From: Promethearchaeati archaeon SRVP18_Atabeyarchaeia-1
GTDB taxonomy: Archaea; Asgardarchaeota; Atabeyarchaeia; Atabeyarchaeales; Atabeyarchaeaceae
DNA: 64,000 nucleotides
Direction: 5' to 3'
Assembly: GCA_037308085.1 (NCBI GenBank)
Contig: CP147779.1
Coordinates: 544,001 to 608,000, forward strand
In this document: positions 17,824 to 29,019 of the stretch, in pieces
Position numbering within the stretch: the first letter of the stretch is position 1
How the letters are laid out: each line of letters starts with the position of its first letter
Made by a program: the position numbers and the translations under genes
The notes under the pieces: generated by a model
What the model saw: the letters and a program-made list of their open reading frames with translations, nothing else
What the model was told of the DNA's origin: nothing
The model's database searches: none

Positions 17824-18594
17824 TCAGATCATAAACACTGATGATAAATCACCGAACAGTAGGGAGACAAGGAGCGCTATCGTAATAATGAGAATTAGTG
17901 GAATCCTAAGTGGCACCCACAATTCAACGATGCCTCGACTAGTATTGTGGTTCTCGAGACTCAAGTTACCTAGACTGCTCAGTTTGACTAGTCGACCGTT
18001 CCTGACAACAATCGCTTCAGAGTCCATATGGCGACCTGATCTCGAGTTGTCTTTCTTCCCACGTTGATGATGATGCATAGCAGCCCTCTTGTATCCGAAA
18101 ACAAGTAAGATCTTGCCCATTCTTGTCTTACACTTGGGCATCAAGCTTCCATTTTCAGGACGGCTTAGGAGGTTGTGTATTGCGTTGAGAGCGAGAAGTG
18201 TGGCAAGCAATGTGACAAGGTTGACCGTCGCCGACAGAGATGCGGTCATGGGCACTTCTGAGGGGTGAAAAAAGGGGTGAAGTGTGGGTACGAATACAGA
18301 CAACATGATCATTGCCTTTGCATCAGAGCCACCAAACAGCCCAATCCTGAACAGAACCAGCGCGACTGGAAGTGTCAGTGCGAGCGACAGTAATATGTCT
18401 AACAGCATCCCAGCCGGGTCAGAAACCAAGCAGCCGTACACTGACGATAGGACAGCAACCACTGTTGCGACTAACCAAAATCTATTTGGAACGAACCCAG
18501 TTCTCTTGTCCATCCAAGAGGCGCTAGCCAACAATGATAGGCAGAGTAGAATCTGAACTGGGCTCGAGTATTCACTAGTCAACGATAACGACAC
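17824..18594 (-). CDS. A24 prepilin/prearchaellin peptidase (FlaK/PibD-like)
   Basis: D.RTG.VPN..W, FGGSDAKA, C-terminal WVP.RIP; multiple TM segments. Confidence 0.8.
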   Translation of the reverse strand: MSLSLTSEYSSPVQILLCLSLLASASWMDKRTGFVPNRFWLVATVVAVLSSVYGCLVSDPAGMLLDILLSLALTLPVALVLFRIGLFGGSDAKAMIMLSVFVPTLHPFFHPSEVPMTASLSATVNLVTLLATLLALNAIHNLLSRPENGSLMPKCKTRMGKILLVFGYKRAAMHHHQRGKKDNSRSGRHMDSEAIVVRNGRLVKLSSLGNLSLENHNTSRGIVELWVPLRIPLILIITIALLVSLLFGDLSSVFMI

Positions 18595-18818
18595 CCCAGA
18601 AACTATATCTAAGCAACCTGTTTTAAACCCCAGAAGCGGAGAGCATCTTCCTTCGTCAGGTACCCACTTGCACGTGTCTGCCCGGCCTCAAGAATTCCAC
18701 AATATCCTTAAGCTTGACAGAAGCGTTAATGGTATCTGAGCCTGAAATTGAGTTTCGGTTCCCGCATCGGCTAATCTCGGTCAGCATTGGCTTCCATGTA
18801 GCGAAGATGTGAGCGTGG

Positions 18819-19361
18819 ATGAAGATTAATAGCAAGTACTACAAGTTCTACCAGATGCAGATGGACCTGAAGAAAATCAATCTTATCGAAGCCAAGAAAG
18901 TTCCTGGCCTCATAATAAGGAACTACGGTCCAAGCGATTCTGGTCAACTTGTGAAAGTCTTCAACCTAGTCTTCTCAGGGACAAACGATCCTTTTCCCAT
19001 AATAACGGAGAGCGATCTTGGTGATCTGCCTTCTGACCGAATCATCATTGCCGAGATTCGGAATCTAGTTGTGGGTTTCCTGATGTGCGGAATTAAGAAT
19101 ATTGAAGGTAAAATGGTTGGCGTCATCGGGTATCTCGGGGTCCTGAAGGAGCACAGACGGAAGGGAATAGCGACATCTCTTGCAGTAGAAGCGGGCAAAT
19201 ACTTCCTTCAGAACAGACTAACGAAAATCATCGCTGAGGTCTTCTATCTGAGTAAGGACTCGTACAAATTCATAGAGGGCTTTGGGTTCGAGCAAACCGC
19301 GACAATACGCGTCCCGGGAGAAGAAATTGAGAGATCACTCTTCAGGGTCAAGCCCCCGTAG
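18819..19361 (+). CDS. GNAT acetyltransferase
   Basis: LGVLKEHRRKGIA motif A; F..FGF. Confidence 0.85.
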   Translation: MKINSKYYKFYQMQMDLKKINLIEAKKVPGLIIRNYGPSDSGQLVKVFNLVFSGTNDPFPIITESDLGDLPSDRIIIAEIRNLVVGFLMCGIKNIEGKMVGVIGYLGVLKEHRRKGIATSLAVEAGKYFLQNRLTKIIAEVFYLSKDSYKFIEGFGFEQTATIRVPGEEIERSLFRVKPP

Positions 19362-19398
19362 ATGTGCGCTGACAAGTGACGTTTCGAGCCGGGCGCGA

Positions 19399-19980
19399 TC
19401 AGGCGGCAGCCTCCTGCAAATGCATAGTTATTAAAGTGCGAATCAAAGCCTTGAAGGTCTGAAGAAGACCTATGCCGAGTACAGAAATTGTCTCATACAC
19501 CTGATACTTCTCAAGCCCAAGTGCCTCTACGATCTCTCTGCGACCCATTGCATTTGGCAGATCCCGTTTGTTGAGCATCGTAATAAGAGGAGACTCCTTT
19601 CCAAGCCGATCCCCGAAAGTCTCTTTCAGCTCCCTCAAGCTCTCCATGTTTTCGCTCAACCGTTCCCTCGACGAATCCACAACAAACAAGACGCCGTCTG
19701 AATCCTTTGAGACGATCTGCCGTCTCTGTCTCTGGGTCGGGGCACCGGCAACAGTGAAGACATTGAATATAACTCGACCCGAAGCAGACATCGGAGCATA
19801 GTCGAAGAAGATTGTCCGTCCGTCTGGCCCCTCAATTGAAGTGAATCCACCCTTGGTCAAACCTTCCGAATGGTTGTAAATCCATCTAAGAGCGGTAGTT
19901 TTTCCCGACATCGATGGTCCCCATAGGACAACCTTGAAATGTATCCTCCCTTTGTCATCCCGCTTCATGTCCAAAGCCAC
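19399..19980 (-). CDS. MglA-like small GTPase
   Basis: GPSMSGKTT, GRTIFFD, DGVLFVVDS, NKRDL. Confidence 0.85.
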   Translation of the reverse strand: MALDMKRDDKGRIHFKVVLWGPSMSGKTTALRWIYNHSEGLTKGGFTSIEGPDGRTIFFDYAPMSASGRVIFNVFTVAGAPTQRQRRQIVSKDSDGVLFVVDSSRERLSENMESLRELKETFGDRLGKESPLITMLNKRDLPNAMGRREIVEALGLEKYQVYETISVLGIGLLQTFKALIRTLITMHLQEAAA

Positions 19981-20250
19981 CCCCTATTTCCAGCTTACTC
20001 CCAGCGTTGTTAGCGGCTAATAATAAGCGAGCGCTTCTAGTAGATATCTGTTACCGCTGTGTTACCCCATATTAATTACAAACTCACAAATAAACCTATC
20101 AATAGAGTGAAAACAGTTAAATGCTCAAGGGCGCAATCATCGATCCGTGTCATGCGGCTGTACCGTATGACACTCGAGCGATAGTAAGCCAAATAAGAGA
20201 GAACAATTCCCTAAGGCTCCAATCCTCTTCCTTGGGAAGGAGGAGAGAAG

Positions 20251-20529
20251 ATGAAAGCGAAAGTGTTTGATAGGATCCTTGACTTCGTGATCATAAGTGC
20301 GGCGGCAGGCTTCGTCGTTGCCTTTGTCTACGCTGGGCTGCGCGGAACAGGTCTCACTCTAAAATTGTTTGCGGTGATATGGCTATTCATATACATCTTC
20401 GCTGCAACCCTCGCATTTCATGGAAATCTCAACGCCCACGAGGGCAACCTGCGCAGATATGCCATGGAGTGGATCATCGCTTGTCTAGTCGGGGCCGCCA
20501 TGACGCTCTTTGTACTTGTAGTCGCCTGA
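20251..20529 (+). CDS. Small membrane protein
   Basis: Three hydrophobic segments; GGAGG RBS upstream. Confidence 0.6.
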   Translation: MKAKVFDRILDFVIISAAAGFVVAFVYAGLRGTGLTLKLFAVIWLFIYIFAATLAFHGNLNAHEGNLRRYAMEWIIACLVGAAMTLFVLVVA

Positions 20530-20614
20530 GTGATTCCTTGAAAACGGGAAGGCTAACCCGATCGGTATGCTTAGCTCCCAGAAAAACACCCATTACCTCA
20601 AAGGTGGTCTCTGA

Positions 20615-21271
20615 ATGTCAACAAACATAATTCGCGGCGTCCATCCCACAAGGATGGAGCTGATCTTGCTTCAGCGTAGGAGACTCTTGGCCGAAAAAGG
20701 ACACAACCTGCTAAAGGAAAAGCGTGATGCCTTGATAATGGAATTCTTCAGCACCTTAGAAGATATCAGGAAACTGAGAGAAGACGTCAACTCTGCGCTC
20801 CAAATAGCGTTTAGAGAATTGCTGGAAGCAAAAATGGTTTTGGGACCGGCGAGAATGGCCGAGCTATCAATGGACATACCCAGCTCAGCTGGAGTAGATG
20901 TGGATACAAAGAACATAATGGGTGTGAGGGTTCCAATTCTGAGGCTTACGGAAGAGACCAAGAAGAACATGGTTCCCTACAATGTGCTCGATACGACGGC
21001 CAAAATGGACGAAGCCACCAAGAAATTCCAGCAAGCCGTGCAGATGATCGTCCGCTTGGCAGAGACGGAGATCGCTGTCCGAAAACTGGCAGAGGAAATC
21101 GACAAGACAAAGAGAAGGGTGAATGCCCTCAAGTACATCATTATCCCAAGAATAGGGAACACCATCGTATACATACAATTTCACTTGGAGGAAGTAGCAA
21201 GGGAGGATTTCTTCAGGCTAAAGAGAATAAAGGCGACACTGGAAAGAAGAGAATTGGAGCAAGCCAGATAG
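20615..21271 (+). CDS. atpD: A/V-type ATP synthase subunit D
   Basis: PTRMEL..GH.LLKEKRDAL, NIMGVRVP, KTKRRVNAL. Confidence 0.96.
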   Translation: MSTNIIRGVHPTRMELILLQRRRLLAEKGHNLLKEKRDALIMEFFSTLEDIRKLREDVNSALQIAFRELLEAKMVLGPARMAELSMDIPSSAGVDVDTKNIMGVRVPILRLTEETKKNMVPYNVLDTTAKMDEATKKFQQAVQMIVRLAETEIAVRKLAEEIDKTKRRVNALKYIIIPRIGNTIVYIQFHLEEVAREDFFRLKRIKATLERRELEQAR

Positions 21272-21290
21272 ACGCCAGACTTCTTAGACC

Positions 21291-21656
21291 CTATTTCTTT
21301 TGCATTTTCAGGTTAAGGATTGCCTGGGCAAGGTCACCCTTGGACTCGACAAGTGCAGCGCGAGCCTCGTCCAGACTGACCCCAACTTGGCTGGCAACTA
21401 GTTCCACATCTTCAGATGAGATGGCAGAGGCCTCAACATGCTCAACGGCCGTGCGTTGCATTGGCGTGCCTATTACTTGGAAAACGTCACGGTCGCCTGC
21501 CTTCATTCTCGTGACCTGAGGATTCTGTATCACGAGTTCACTGCCTGAGGTCATGCGGAAGACGACCTCGGCAACCTCCCCAAGTTCTTCAAGTTTCACG
21601 CCCATTCTGTCCATCAATCGGCGCATTGCCCTGGGATCCATTCTTCTGGACGCCAT
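21291..21656 (-). CDS. nac: Nascent polypeptide-associated complex protein
   Basis: PRAMRRLMDRMG, NAC domain, UBA tail GDLAQAI. Confidence 0.92.
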   Translation of the reverse strand: MASRRMDPRAMRRLMDRMGVKLEELGEVAEVVFRMTSGSELVIQNPQVTRMKAGDRDVFQVIGTPMQRTAVEHVEASAISSEDVELVASQVGVSLDEARAALVESKGDLAQAILNLKMQKK

Positions 21657-21657
21657 G

Positions 21658-22158
21658 TTAGGAATTCACGCCCCTTCTCACTTTGATAGCAACACCACGC
21701 TTAAATCTCTTGGCTTCGTCCCCGCACAAGAGCGAACGACCAGTGGCTAAGACGCTGGAATCTTCAGAAACGGCGACTGCTTCGTTGCCTGCTCGGATTC
21801 CAGGTTCAGCTTCGGCTACGTGTTTTGCAAAGACATTTCCACCGCCCGCAATCTCAGAAACAAAGTCGCTTCTTACAACCATAATTGGATTCCCTTTTGT
21901 GCCAACTAGCCTCCTAGCCCCATCAATTGAAAGTGAGAATACGCCACTCTTGGGATTCAAAGTCGCGATGTAAACGTCTCCGTCCCTTATCTCCTTGATT
22001 TTACCAGTTCGTGGCGACGATGAGACACTAACACCACTGGGAAAAAGCAGAATGCCCGCTCCATCAGAAAACTGGTAGTCGGCGATCATCCGTATTTTTC
22101 TGAGTGTCCATTTGCCTCCTCCATCGCGCATAATGGACGCCTCTCCCGAGATTCCCAT
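21658..22158 (-). CDS. PUA-domain protein (archaeosine tRNA modification, TgtA2/ArcS C-terminal-like)
   Basis: IADYQF, NVFAKHV, GVAIKVR. Confidence 0.75.
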   Translation of the reverse strand: MGISGEASIMRDGGGKWTLRKIRMIADYQFSDGAGILLFPSGVSVSSSPRTGKIKEIRDGDVYIATLNPKSGVFSLSIDGARRLVGTKGNPIMVVRSDFVSEIAGGGNVFAKHVAEAEPGIRAGNEAVAVSEDSSVLATGRSLLCGDEAKRFKRGVAIKVRRGVNS

Positions 22159-22160
22159 TG

Positions 22161-23372
22161 CTACCCATATATTCCGTTACATGAGTCCATGTTGGAGATA
22201 GAGCCACCTAGTACCTTAGTTACGGCTTTCTCAAAGTCGACCTGTTGCACTTTGCGCCTGAGTTCTCTGATTGCAAACATACCAGCCTCGGTACAGATGG
22301 ACTTGATGTCAGCCCCAGTAGCACCCTCTGTCATCTTAATCAGGTTATTCAGGTTCACATCCTCAGACATATTCATCCTTCTCGTATGTATGGAGAATAT
22401 CTCAAGACGAGCTACATCGTCCGGGAAGGGAAATTCAATAACTCGGTCAAAACGCCCTGGCCGAAGAAGCGCGGGGTCAAGTATGTCGGGGCGATTAGTC
22501 GCCGCTATTATTCTGACGTCTCCCCGAGAATCAAAACCGTCGAGAACGCTGAGAAGCTGCATCAGAGTCCTCTGCACTTCTCGATCGCCACTTGTCGCAA
22601 CTTCGAGTCTTCTGCTTGCAACTGCATCTATCTCGTCGATGAAAACTATACTGGGGGCCTTTTCTCGCGCCAACTGAAAGACTTCTCTAACCAATCGGGC
22701 GCCCTCGCCTATGAATTTCTGCACAAATTCTGAACCAATTACCCTTAGGAAGGTGGATTTGGTTTCTTTCGCCACAGCTTGGGCAACCAGCGTCTTCCCC
22801 GAACCCGGGGGTCCGCACAGGAGGACGCCTTTAGGTGGATCTATCCCTATCTCCTCAAATATGTCAGGTTGCAGGAGAGGAAGTTCAACTGTCTCCCTTA
22901 TCTCCTGTATTTGTTCACTCAGACCGCCGATATCGTTATATGATACAGGAGGAGCCACTTCAACCTCCATTCCGCGCACGAAGGGATCTTTTGTCTGAGG
23001 AAGGACCTCGACTACTGCAAAAGTCCTTTGGTTCAGCGCAACTTTGGCCCCTGGGAAGAGACTCTTGGGTATGCTCTTCGACACGTAAACGATGAAATTC
23101 GGTCCGGTAGAGCTCTTAACAACCGCGCGACCATCTTCCAGGATGTCAATAATCTGAGCAGCTATCAGAGGCGGCTGCCTGGCTTTCTCGATCTCAACCC
23201 TGAGCGAATGGAGCTCTCTTTCCAGTCTTGTTCTTTCAACTTCGATCAACTGTTTCTCATTTTCAAGTGAGCGAACTTTCTTCTCGAGATGCCTTGTATA
23301 AGACGATATATATGATTCCTCAACGTTGCTGTAGACCCTTTTCTTGGAACCCGATTCTAGCATCTCGGGCAA
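22161..23372 (-). CDS. pan: Proteasome-activating nucleotidase
   Basis: Coiled coil, OB domain, [23 protein letters not shown]. Confidence 0.95.
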   Translation of the reverse strand: MPEMLESGSKKRVYSNVEESYISSYTRHLEKKVRSLENEKQLIEVERTRLERELHSLRVEIEKARQPPLIAAQIIDILEDGRAVVKSSTGPNFIVYVSKSIPKSLFPGAKVALNQRTFAVVEVLPQTKDPFVRGMEVEVAPPVSYNDIGGLSEQIQEIRETVELPLLQPDIFEEIGIDPPKGVLLCGPPGSGKTLVAQAVAKETKSTFLRVIGSEFVQKFIGEGARLVREVFQLAREKAPSIVFIDEIDAVASRRLEVATSGDREVQRTLMQLLSVLDGFDSRGDVRIIAATNRPDILDPALLRPGRFDRVIEFPFPDDVARLEIFSIHTRRMNMSEDVNLNNLIKMTEGATGADIKSICTEAGMFAIRELRRKVQQVDFEKAVTKVLGGSISNMDSCNGIYG

Positions 23373-23458
23373 AGTGAGCTCCCACCAGAATGCATATGCG
23401 GATCTTAGTTTGAAAGATTACCAGAAGGTAAATAAACTCGACCTTATTAATCCTTGCT

Positions 23459-24076
23459 TTGCCGCGAAACCGGGAAGCGCCAGAGAGAGTAGTCGATCTG
23501 AATTTACTCCCGGAGCATCTGGAGGCTGGTACCTTGAGGTGCGAGATCTGTGGCACGGAGTTTCCTTCTAGTGGCATAATGATTGAAGTCGACGGAGCGA
23601 AGTTGATGGTCTGCGAGAGATGCAGGAGGTTCGGTACAGAAGTCAAGAAGCAGGCAAAGAAGAGCATCGTCTTGCCGGCAAAACCGGTACCGAAGGCGCC
23701 GCCAAGAGTCGCTAAGCCGAGCAGACCAGGACCAGCGCGCGAGAAGGCAAAGATAACCGTGATACTAGAGTACGACCTAGTCGACGATTATCCACAGCAG
23801 ATTAGGTCAGCACGCGAATCTTCCAAACTCACGCAAAGCGAGCTAGCACAGAGAATAGGAGAAAGGCTTTCAATAGTTCAGAAACTTGAGACAGGCAAGA
23901 TACGACCATCGGACGTAATCATAGAGAAGATAGACAGAGTGCTCCGCATCAATCTAAGAGCACCAGTTGAAGAAGACGTGGCTTCGCACCATTACCAGAA
24001 ACCTGACCTAGAGCTAACGATCGGAGATATAGCGAAACCCTCGATTAGAAAGAAGGATGACGAGGATCAGCTTTGA
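23459..24076 (+). CDS. Multiprotein bridging factor aMBF1 (true start probably downstream)
   Basis: CEICG..VCERC Zn ribbon, HTH, LTIGD. Confidence 0.88.
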   Translation: MPRNREAPERVVDLNLLPEHLEAGTLRCEICGTEFPSSGIMIEVDGAKLMVCERCRRFGTEVKKQAKKSIVLPAKPVPKAPPRVAKPSRPGPAREKAKITVILEYDLVDDYPQQIRSARESSKLTQSELAQRIGERLSIVQKLETGKIRPSDVIIEKIDRVLRINLRAPVEEDVASHHYQKPDLELTIGDIAKPSIRKKDDEDQL

Positions 24077-24593
24077 TTACCTTCTTTTTCCTGGTAGATG
24101 GAACCACGCGGATTCTCGCGCTAGGAAACTCCAGGTCGAACTCAGCCCCTTCAGACAAGAGGTGCATAAATACTGCAAGTGCAGAAACCTCGCTGTGTGG
24201 CTGATTAGTAATTGAAACGTTCCAGTCTGCGATTTGGTAGAGTTCCCCGGGAACTTTCTGGCTTCCCACAATCAGCAATAGATCCGTGTCACAGGACCTT
24301 ACCTCATCTATCACGCTTCGTACATCGGAACCATACATAGTCAAATGAACTGACTTTCCAGCTGATCGCCAGTTGTCAAGGAATTTTCTCCAAGACGTAA
24401 TATGCTCGACTCTGAATTCCCCGCCCCAACTCGCCACAACCTTGTTTATGCTTCTTATGAGTGCCTCGTCGTTCTCTCCTGATACGAACATGCCCTGGGC
24501 TCCAAACGCCCTGGCAACGAGCGCCACGTGGGTTGTCAGTCTAGGATCCCGTTTCCTCCGATGGCCCAACCTGAGCACGAAAACTCGTTTCAA
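24045..24593 (-). CDS. trm56: tRNA (cytidine56-2'-O)-methyltransferase
   Basis: LRLGHR..RD.R.TTHV.L.ARAFGA, HLTMYG, NQPHSEV. Confidence 0.95.
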   Translation of the reverse strand: MKRVFVLRLGHRRKRDPRLTTHVALVARAFGAQGMFVSGENDEALIRSINKVVASWGGEFRVEHITSWRKFLDNWRSAGKSVHLTMYGSDVRSVIDEVRSCDTDLLLIVGSQKVPGELYQIADWNVSITNQPHSEVSALAVFMHLLSEGAEFDLEFPSARIRVVPSTRKKKVIKADPRHPSF

Positions 24594-24811
24594 CAGCTAA
24601 TCACCCGCAACAATAGCGAAAACTGTCGGTGAGACTACTCATAATCTGCTTATTCTCTCTTCGATAATGAATCGAGTGAATGTTTTCAAGTTAGATATAA
24701 TTTTTAAGTGATCAGTCCCTATTATACTTAGGGAGACGACCGGCCGTTCAGCAGTCTGTACCGCGATATCTGAGGGTTATATTGTACAATAATTAGAGAG
24801 GAGTTGCCCCT

Positions 24812-25330
24812 ATGAGTTCCAAAGGCTACGATACCGGTGACATGCTAGCTTCTATAATAGGTGAGATCGGGGGGGATGAAGCGGTCAAGGTCGCCGTAGC
24901 CTTGGCTAACGAAGAAGAAACCACAGATGAGAAAATAGCGGGATCCACTGGGATGCGGCTGAACGCCGTCAGAAAGGTTTTATACCGACTTCATGAGAAC
25001 CACCTTGCATCCTATCGGAGGACGAGGGACAACAACACGGGATGGTTCGTCTATTTTTGGAAGCTCAACCCGGAGAAGATATCTGACCTTGTCAGGGATA
25101 GGAAAAGGCTCGCACTGCAGAAGCTCAAGGAACGACTGTCATACGAGAAAGAACATATCTTCTTTCATTGTGGCAATGAGCAGTGCCCGAGATGCACTTT
25201 TGATGAGGCTGTAGAGCTTTCATTTCAGTGCTCGACCTGCAAGCGCCCACTGCAATTCTACGGCAACAACGGGCTCGTAGGTGTTCTAGAGGACAAGATC
25301 AGAAAGCTTGAAGTAGAAACTAATGCGTAG
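24812..25330 (+). CDS. tfe: Transcription factor E (TFE alpha)
   Basis: TDE.IA..VRKVLY.L..GWFVYFW, Zn ribbon. Confidence 0.94.
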   Translation: MSSKGYDTGDMLASIIGEIGGDEAVKVAVALANEEETTDEKIAGSTGMRLNAVRKVLYRLHENHLASYRRTRDNNTGWFVYFWKLNPEKISDLVRDRKRLALQKLKERLSYEKEHIFFHCGNEQCPRCTFDEAVELSFQCSTCKRPLQFYGNNGLVGVLEDKIRKLEVETNA

Positions 25331-25374
25331 ACACCTTAAGAGTCAACATCCAGACTTTGCCGACGGGACTTCTA

Positions 25375-25482
25375 GGGCGGGTGATCTAGCCTGGTTATGA
25401 TGCCGCGCTTACAACGCGGTAGAAGCCACCACTCAAAAGATTGCTTCCGCGAGAATCGCCGGTTCAAATCCGGCCCCGCCCA
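25375..25482 (+). tRNA. tRNA-Val(TAC) with 33-nt non-canonical intron (25421-25453, position 44/45)
   Basis: Acceptor GGGCGGG/CCCGCCC; anticodon arm CCGCG-CTTACAA-CGCGG; T-arm GCCGG-TTCAAAT-CCGGC; BHB-type splicing restores a 5-nt variable loop. Confidence 0.88.
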
Positions 25483-25816
25483 CTACGCGCGGTCCTCAAG
25501 AATAAAAAGGTGGAGAGTCTATTCTGGTGTTGCTAGACGCTGCGACTACAGAGGGATAAAGGGGCAGCCAGGTTCACCAGACATCTGCCGCTGTACTGGG
25601 TTGGACTTGTATAGCAACCTTGATGTCGCAACCACAAACAGAGGCAGGATCCTCTTCACACTCTCGTTCATCTGCTTCACACTCTTTTCCTTTGACCAAG
25701 CGTCTGGTCAAGGCTATTTCAACACCACTAATGCCATGTGATGTGAAGCAGATGGCATGGACGCCCACTGAAGAAGAGGAGAAAAAGTGGCGCGTTGCTA
25801 TGATTCTCGAGAGAGG

Positions 25817-25918
25817 CGCCGGGGACGGGATTTGAACCCGCGCGACCCGAAAGAGTCACGGGCTGTCCTAGCATTTGTCACTCAAGGCCCGCGCCGTAGT
25901 CCACTTGGCTACCCCGGC
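25817..25918 (-). tRNA. tRNA-Ser(TGA) with about 16-nt canonical 37/38 intron
   Basis: GCCGGGG acceptor, CGGGC-CTTGAG-intron-A-GCCCG, long variable arm, GGTTCAAATCC. Confidence 0.9.
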
Positions 25919-26095
25919 ACGTTTCAATACGACTAAGGCGAGGCACGACCCCGCGTACAGGTGCTCACAGCGAGTAGATACGCCAATTCTCAAGAAGCCG
26001 ACAGGTTTTTCCACCCGAAGCCCAACCCAGCTAGAAGCCGAGCACAAGTTCTAGCTTACCCTTCGCAGATCAGAGACGAATGCGCATCCTATCGC

Positions 26096-26413
26096 TTAGA
26101 CGATCTCTATTTCGATGTACACATCCTCTGGAATCCTGATCCGCATTATCTGCCTCATAGTTCTCTCATCAGCGTCGAGATCTATCAGCCGTTTGTGGAC
26201 GCGCATCTCCCATTTGTCCCAAGTGTGAGTACCTTCTCCACATGGAGACTTTCGAGTGGGCACTAAGAGATGCTTTGTAGGGAGAGGTATCGGTCCAGAA
26301 ATCCTAGTCCCAGTCTTAATGGCAATATTCTTTACCTGTTTGCAGACGTCGTCAAGTCGGTCAGAACTAATGCTTGACAACTTGATTTTGGCTTTTTGAA
26401 CCATTGAACTCAC
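26096..26413 (-). CDS. rpsJ: 30S ribosomal protein uS10
   Basis: [27 protein letters not shown]. Confidence 0.97.
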   Translation of the reverse strand: MSSMVQKAKIKLSSISSDRLDDVCKQVKNIAIKTGTRISGPIPLPTKHLLVPTRKSPCGEGTHTWDKWEMRVHKRLIDLDADERTMRQIMRIRIPEDVYIEIEIV

Positions 26414-26461
26414 CGATGATCGCGCTGAGGCGTAAAAGAAAGGGAGTGTGAGACGTCAGCC

Positions 26462-27763
26462 CTACTTGTCAGACTTGACTACGTCCTTCACGATCCCGAC
26501 TGCGATTGTGATTCCCATATCTCTTATGGCGAATCTCCCGAGCTGAGGAAAGTCAGCAAACTTCTCGATTACTAGAGGACGCGCAGGAACAAGTTTCACG
26601 ACTGCATTGTCCTTTGATTTGATGAAATCTGGGTTCTCCTGTATCACTTGACCTGTCCGCGGGTCTAACTTGGATATCAGCTTCTCGAACTTGCATGCCA
26701 CAGTCGCCGTGTGTGCGTGTAAGACAGGAGTGTAACCGACGGCCACGCTCGTGGGGTGCTGAATCACTACGATCTGTCCTGTGAATTCTTTTGCAACAGT
26801 CGGAGGATTGTTCACATGACCAACCACGTCACCCCTGTGCACCGTTGCCTTGTCAATGCCTCGGACGTTGAAGCCAATATTGTCACCTGGGACAGCCTGA
26901 TCGAGGCGCTCATGATGCATTTCGATAGTCTTTACCTCACCCTTCCCCGATCCCGGCATGAATATGATCGAGTCACCCTGCTTGAGCACGCCAGTCTCCA
27001 CCCGTCCTACAGGAACAGTTCCAGCACCGCTAATCGAGTAGACGTCCTGAATCGGGATTCTCAGCGGCTTCTCCGTCGGTTTAGGTGGAACCGTCAGGTT
27101 CTCCAGTGCCTGAAGTATTGTTGGGCCCTTGTACCAAGGCATCTTCTTACTCAGTTCGGTCAGGTTTTCACCCACCCAAGCAGAAACGGGGATAAATGGA
27201 ACCTTCTCAAGTTTGTATCCCACGACCTTGAGAAGTTCTGAAGCTTCCTTCTTTACCTCTTCGTACCTGTCCTGACTCCAGTTTACCGTTTGGTCATCCA
27301 TCTTGTTGATCGCGACTATCAACTGGTTTACACCCAGCGTGAATGCCAGGAATGCATGCTCGCGTGTCTGTCCTCCCGGACCAATCCCCGACTCGAATTC
27401 TCCTTTCTTGCCAGAGATCACAAGTATTGCTGCATCAGCCTGGCTCGCCCCAGTAATCATATTCTTAACGAAGTCCCTGTGACCAGGTGCGTCGATGAAA
27501 GTGAAGTAGTACTTGTCCGTTTCAAACCTCTGGAACATTATGTCAATAGTGACTCCCCTTTCTCGCTCTTCCTTGAGCTTGTCCATCACCCAAGCTATGT
27601 ACTCTGATCCCTTTCCGATCTTCTCTGCCTCTGTCTTGTAAGTGTCCAGAGTACGTTTGTCAACGGCGCCCTTCTTTATTAGCAATTGGCCACCCAAAGT
27701 GCTCTTCCCATGGTCGATATGTCCTATTACTATCAGGTTCAAGTGCGGTTTCTTCTGAGACAT
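26462..27763 (-). CDS. tuf: Elongation factor 1-alpha
   Basis: [37 protein letters not shown]. Confidence 0.98.
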   Translation of the reverse strand: MSQKKPHLNLIVIGHIDHGKSTLGGQLLIKKGAVDKRTLDTYKTEAEKIGKGSEYIAWVMDKLKEERERGVTIDIMFQRFETDKYYFTFIDAPGHRDFVKNMITGASQADAAILVISGKKGEFESGIGPGGQTREHAFLAFTLGVNQLIVAINKMDDQTVNWSQDRYEEVKKEASELLKVVGYKLEKVPFIPVSAWVGENLTELSKKMPWYKGPTILQALENLTVPPKPTEKPLRIPIQDVYSISGAGTVPVGRVETGVLKQGDSIIFMPGSGKGEVKTIEMHHERLDQAVPGDNIGFNVRGIDKATVHRGDVVGHVNNPPTVAKEFTGQIVVIQHPTSVAVGYTPVLHAHTATVACKFEKLISKLDPRTGQVIQENPDFIKSKDNAVVKLVPARPLVIEKFADFPQLGRFAIRDMGITIAVGIVKDVVKSDK

Positions 27764-27906
27764 TTCGGATTCACTCCTTCGATCGATCTGCTAAACTTAA
27801 TCGGAATTAACCTGCTAAGCAGTGACTACCATATCTGGCTAAGAGTTTATAATTCTGATCCCTTTCGCCTTATAAAAGTTTTTGGTAGGATTGACTGGTC
27901 TGCGCT

Positions 27907-29007
27907 GTGTACTCGCGTCCATCAAGGACGAGAAACCAGCATAATCTCACACGTCTGAGAGTTTGCACCGACCTCTCTTTCCTAGTTGTGTTTAATAGGC
28001 TTCTTTCCTTACATTCCATAGGGTTTTTGCTGTTGACCTATGCCGAGCTTCCTGCATTGTGTATAACCTTAGCGACAGTTACTTGGCTGATCGCGCTTTT
28101 CGTGTTAATGAGAGCGTGGAGAAATAAGGACCTAAGGCTCTTGCCCTTCCTGCTACTCGATGTCATCATATCAGGAGTTTTCCCTTTCATCTTGTCAGGT
28201 CTGGTTGCGCTTGACCTCACTACTGTCCAGAAACTCTTCCTATCCGCATTCCTGCTCTACTCAACAATAGGTTCCATCTACCTTCTTTTCCCTTCTGCCG
28301 GAAGAAGAATCCTGATCCCATTTGCTTCCCTATACCTCCTTCTCGCAGTCCTCCAGTTGCTCCTAAGACTCTTGTATGACCCTATGGTATTTGGTTTTGC
28401 CCTGTTCACGTACAGCTTTATGGATGAAGTTAACATAGCGACACTTTCCGCGCTAGCCCTCACTATTCTGCTTCCTTTCTGCACGCAGCTTACCCGCAAA
28501 ATAGGCATATTGGTTGATTCAAGGCGACTTGACGGCATTGTCAGCTCCACTGAAGTCGAGAGCGGCAATGCAACAAGGCAACCCTCCAGTCCTAGCCCAG
28601 AATCTCTTCCAAGTAGCCCATCAGCATCCGTTTTGCGTGATGCCGTGAGGCTCTTTAATCAAGACCGATACCGGCAGTGCATAGAATACTGTGATACGGA
28701 GGTAGAGCGTATGCTGCTGTCGAAACTAGGTGAATTGTGCTCAGCCAGGATAGATCTTCCCATGAGGTTACAGGATCAGGTAACCATGTTAGAGTCAAAG
28801 AACATACCAATACGAGGAAAAGGCATATTGCAGTTACGGGAACTCCGTAATCGCCTTACAATGTCCACCCTCAAGTCGACAGGACTTCAGGCAAGGTGGG
28901 CAATTAGAGTGCTACGCAGAACCACAAGGGCTTTTGCGGGTCTTGAAGACTCCTCTCCCCCCTCCGTCGAGAGTCAGCAGCTACTAAGTTCAGAAACCCC
29001 TCAATGA
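27907..29007 (+). CDS. Hypothetical multi-pass membrane protein with soluble C-terminal domain
   Basis: About 6 TM segments, Ser/Pro linker, helical C-terminal domain (..LRELRNRL). Confidence 0.6.
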   Translation: MYSRPSRTRNQHNLTRLRVCTDLSFLVVFNRLLSLHSIGFLLLTYAELPALCITLATVTWLIALFVLMRAWRNKDLRLLPFLLLDVIISGVFPFILSGLVALDLTTVQKLFLSAFLLYSTIGSIYLLFPSAGRRILIPFASLYLLLAVLQLLLRLLYDPMVFGFALFTYSFMDEVNIATLSALALTILLPFCTQLTRKIGILVDSRRLDGIVSSTEVESGNATRQPSSPSPESLPSSPSASVLRDAVRLFNQDRYRQCIEYCDTEVERMLLSKLGELCSARIDLPMRLQDQVTMLESKNIPIRGKGILQLRELRNRLTMSTLKSTGLQARWAIRVLRRTTRAFAGLEDSSPPSVESQQLLSSETPQ

Positions 29008-29019
29008 CTAGGGACTCGG

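Noticed and set aside
25397-25835. ORFs overlapping or between the two tRNAs
   Set aside because: Overlap tRNA genes or lack recognisable features
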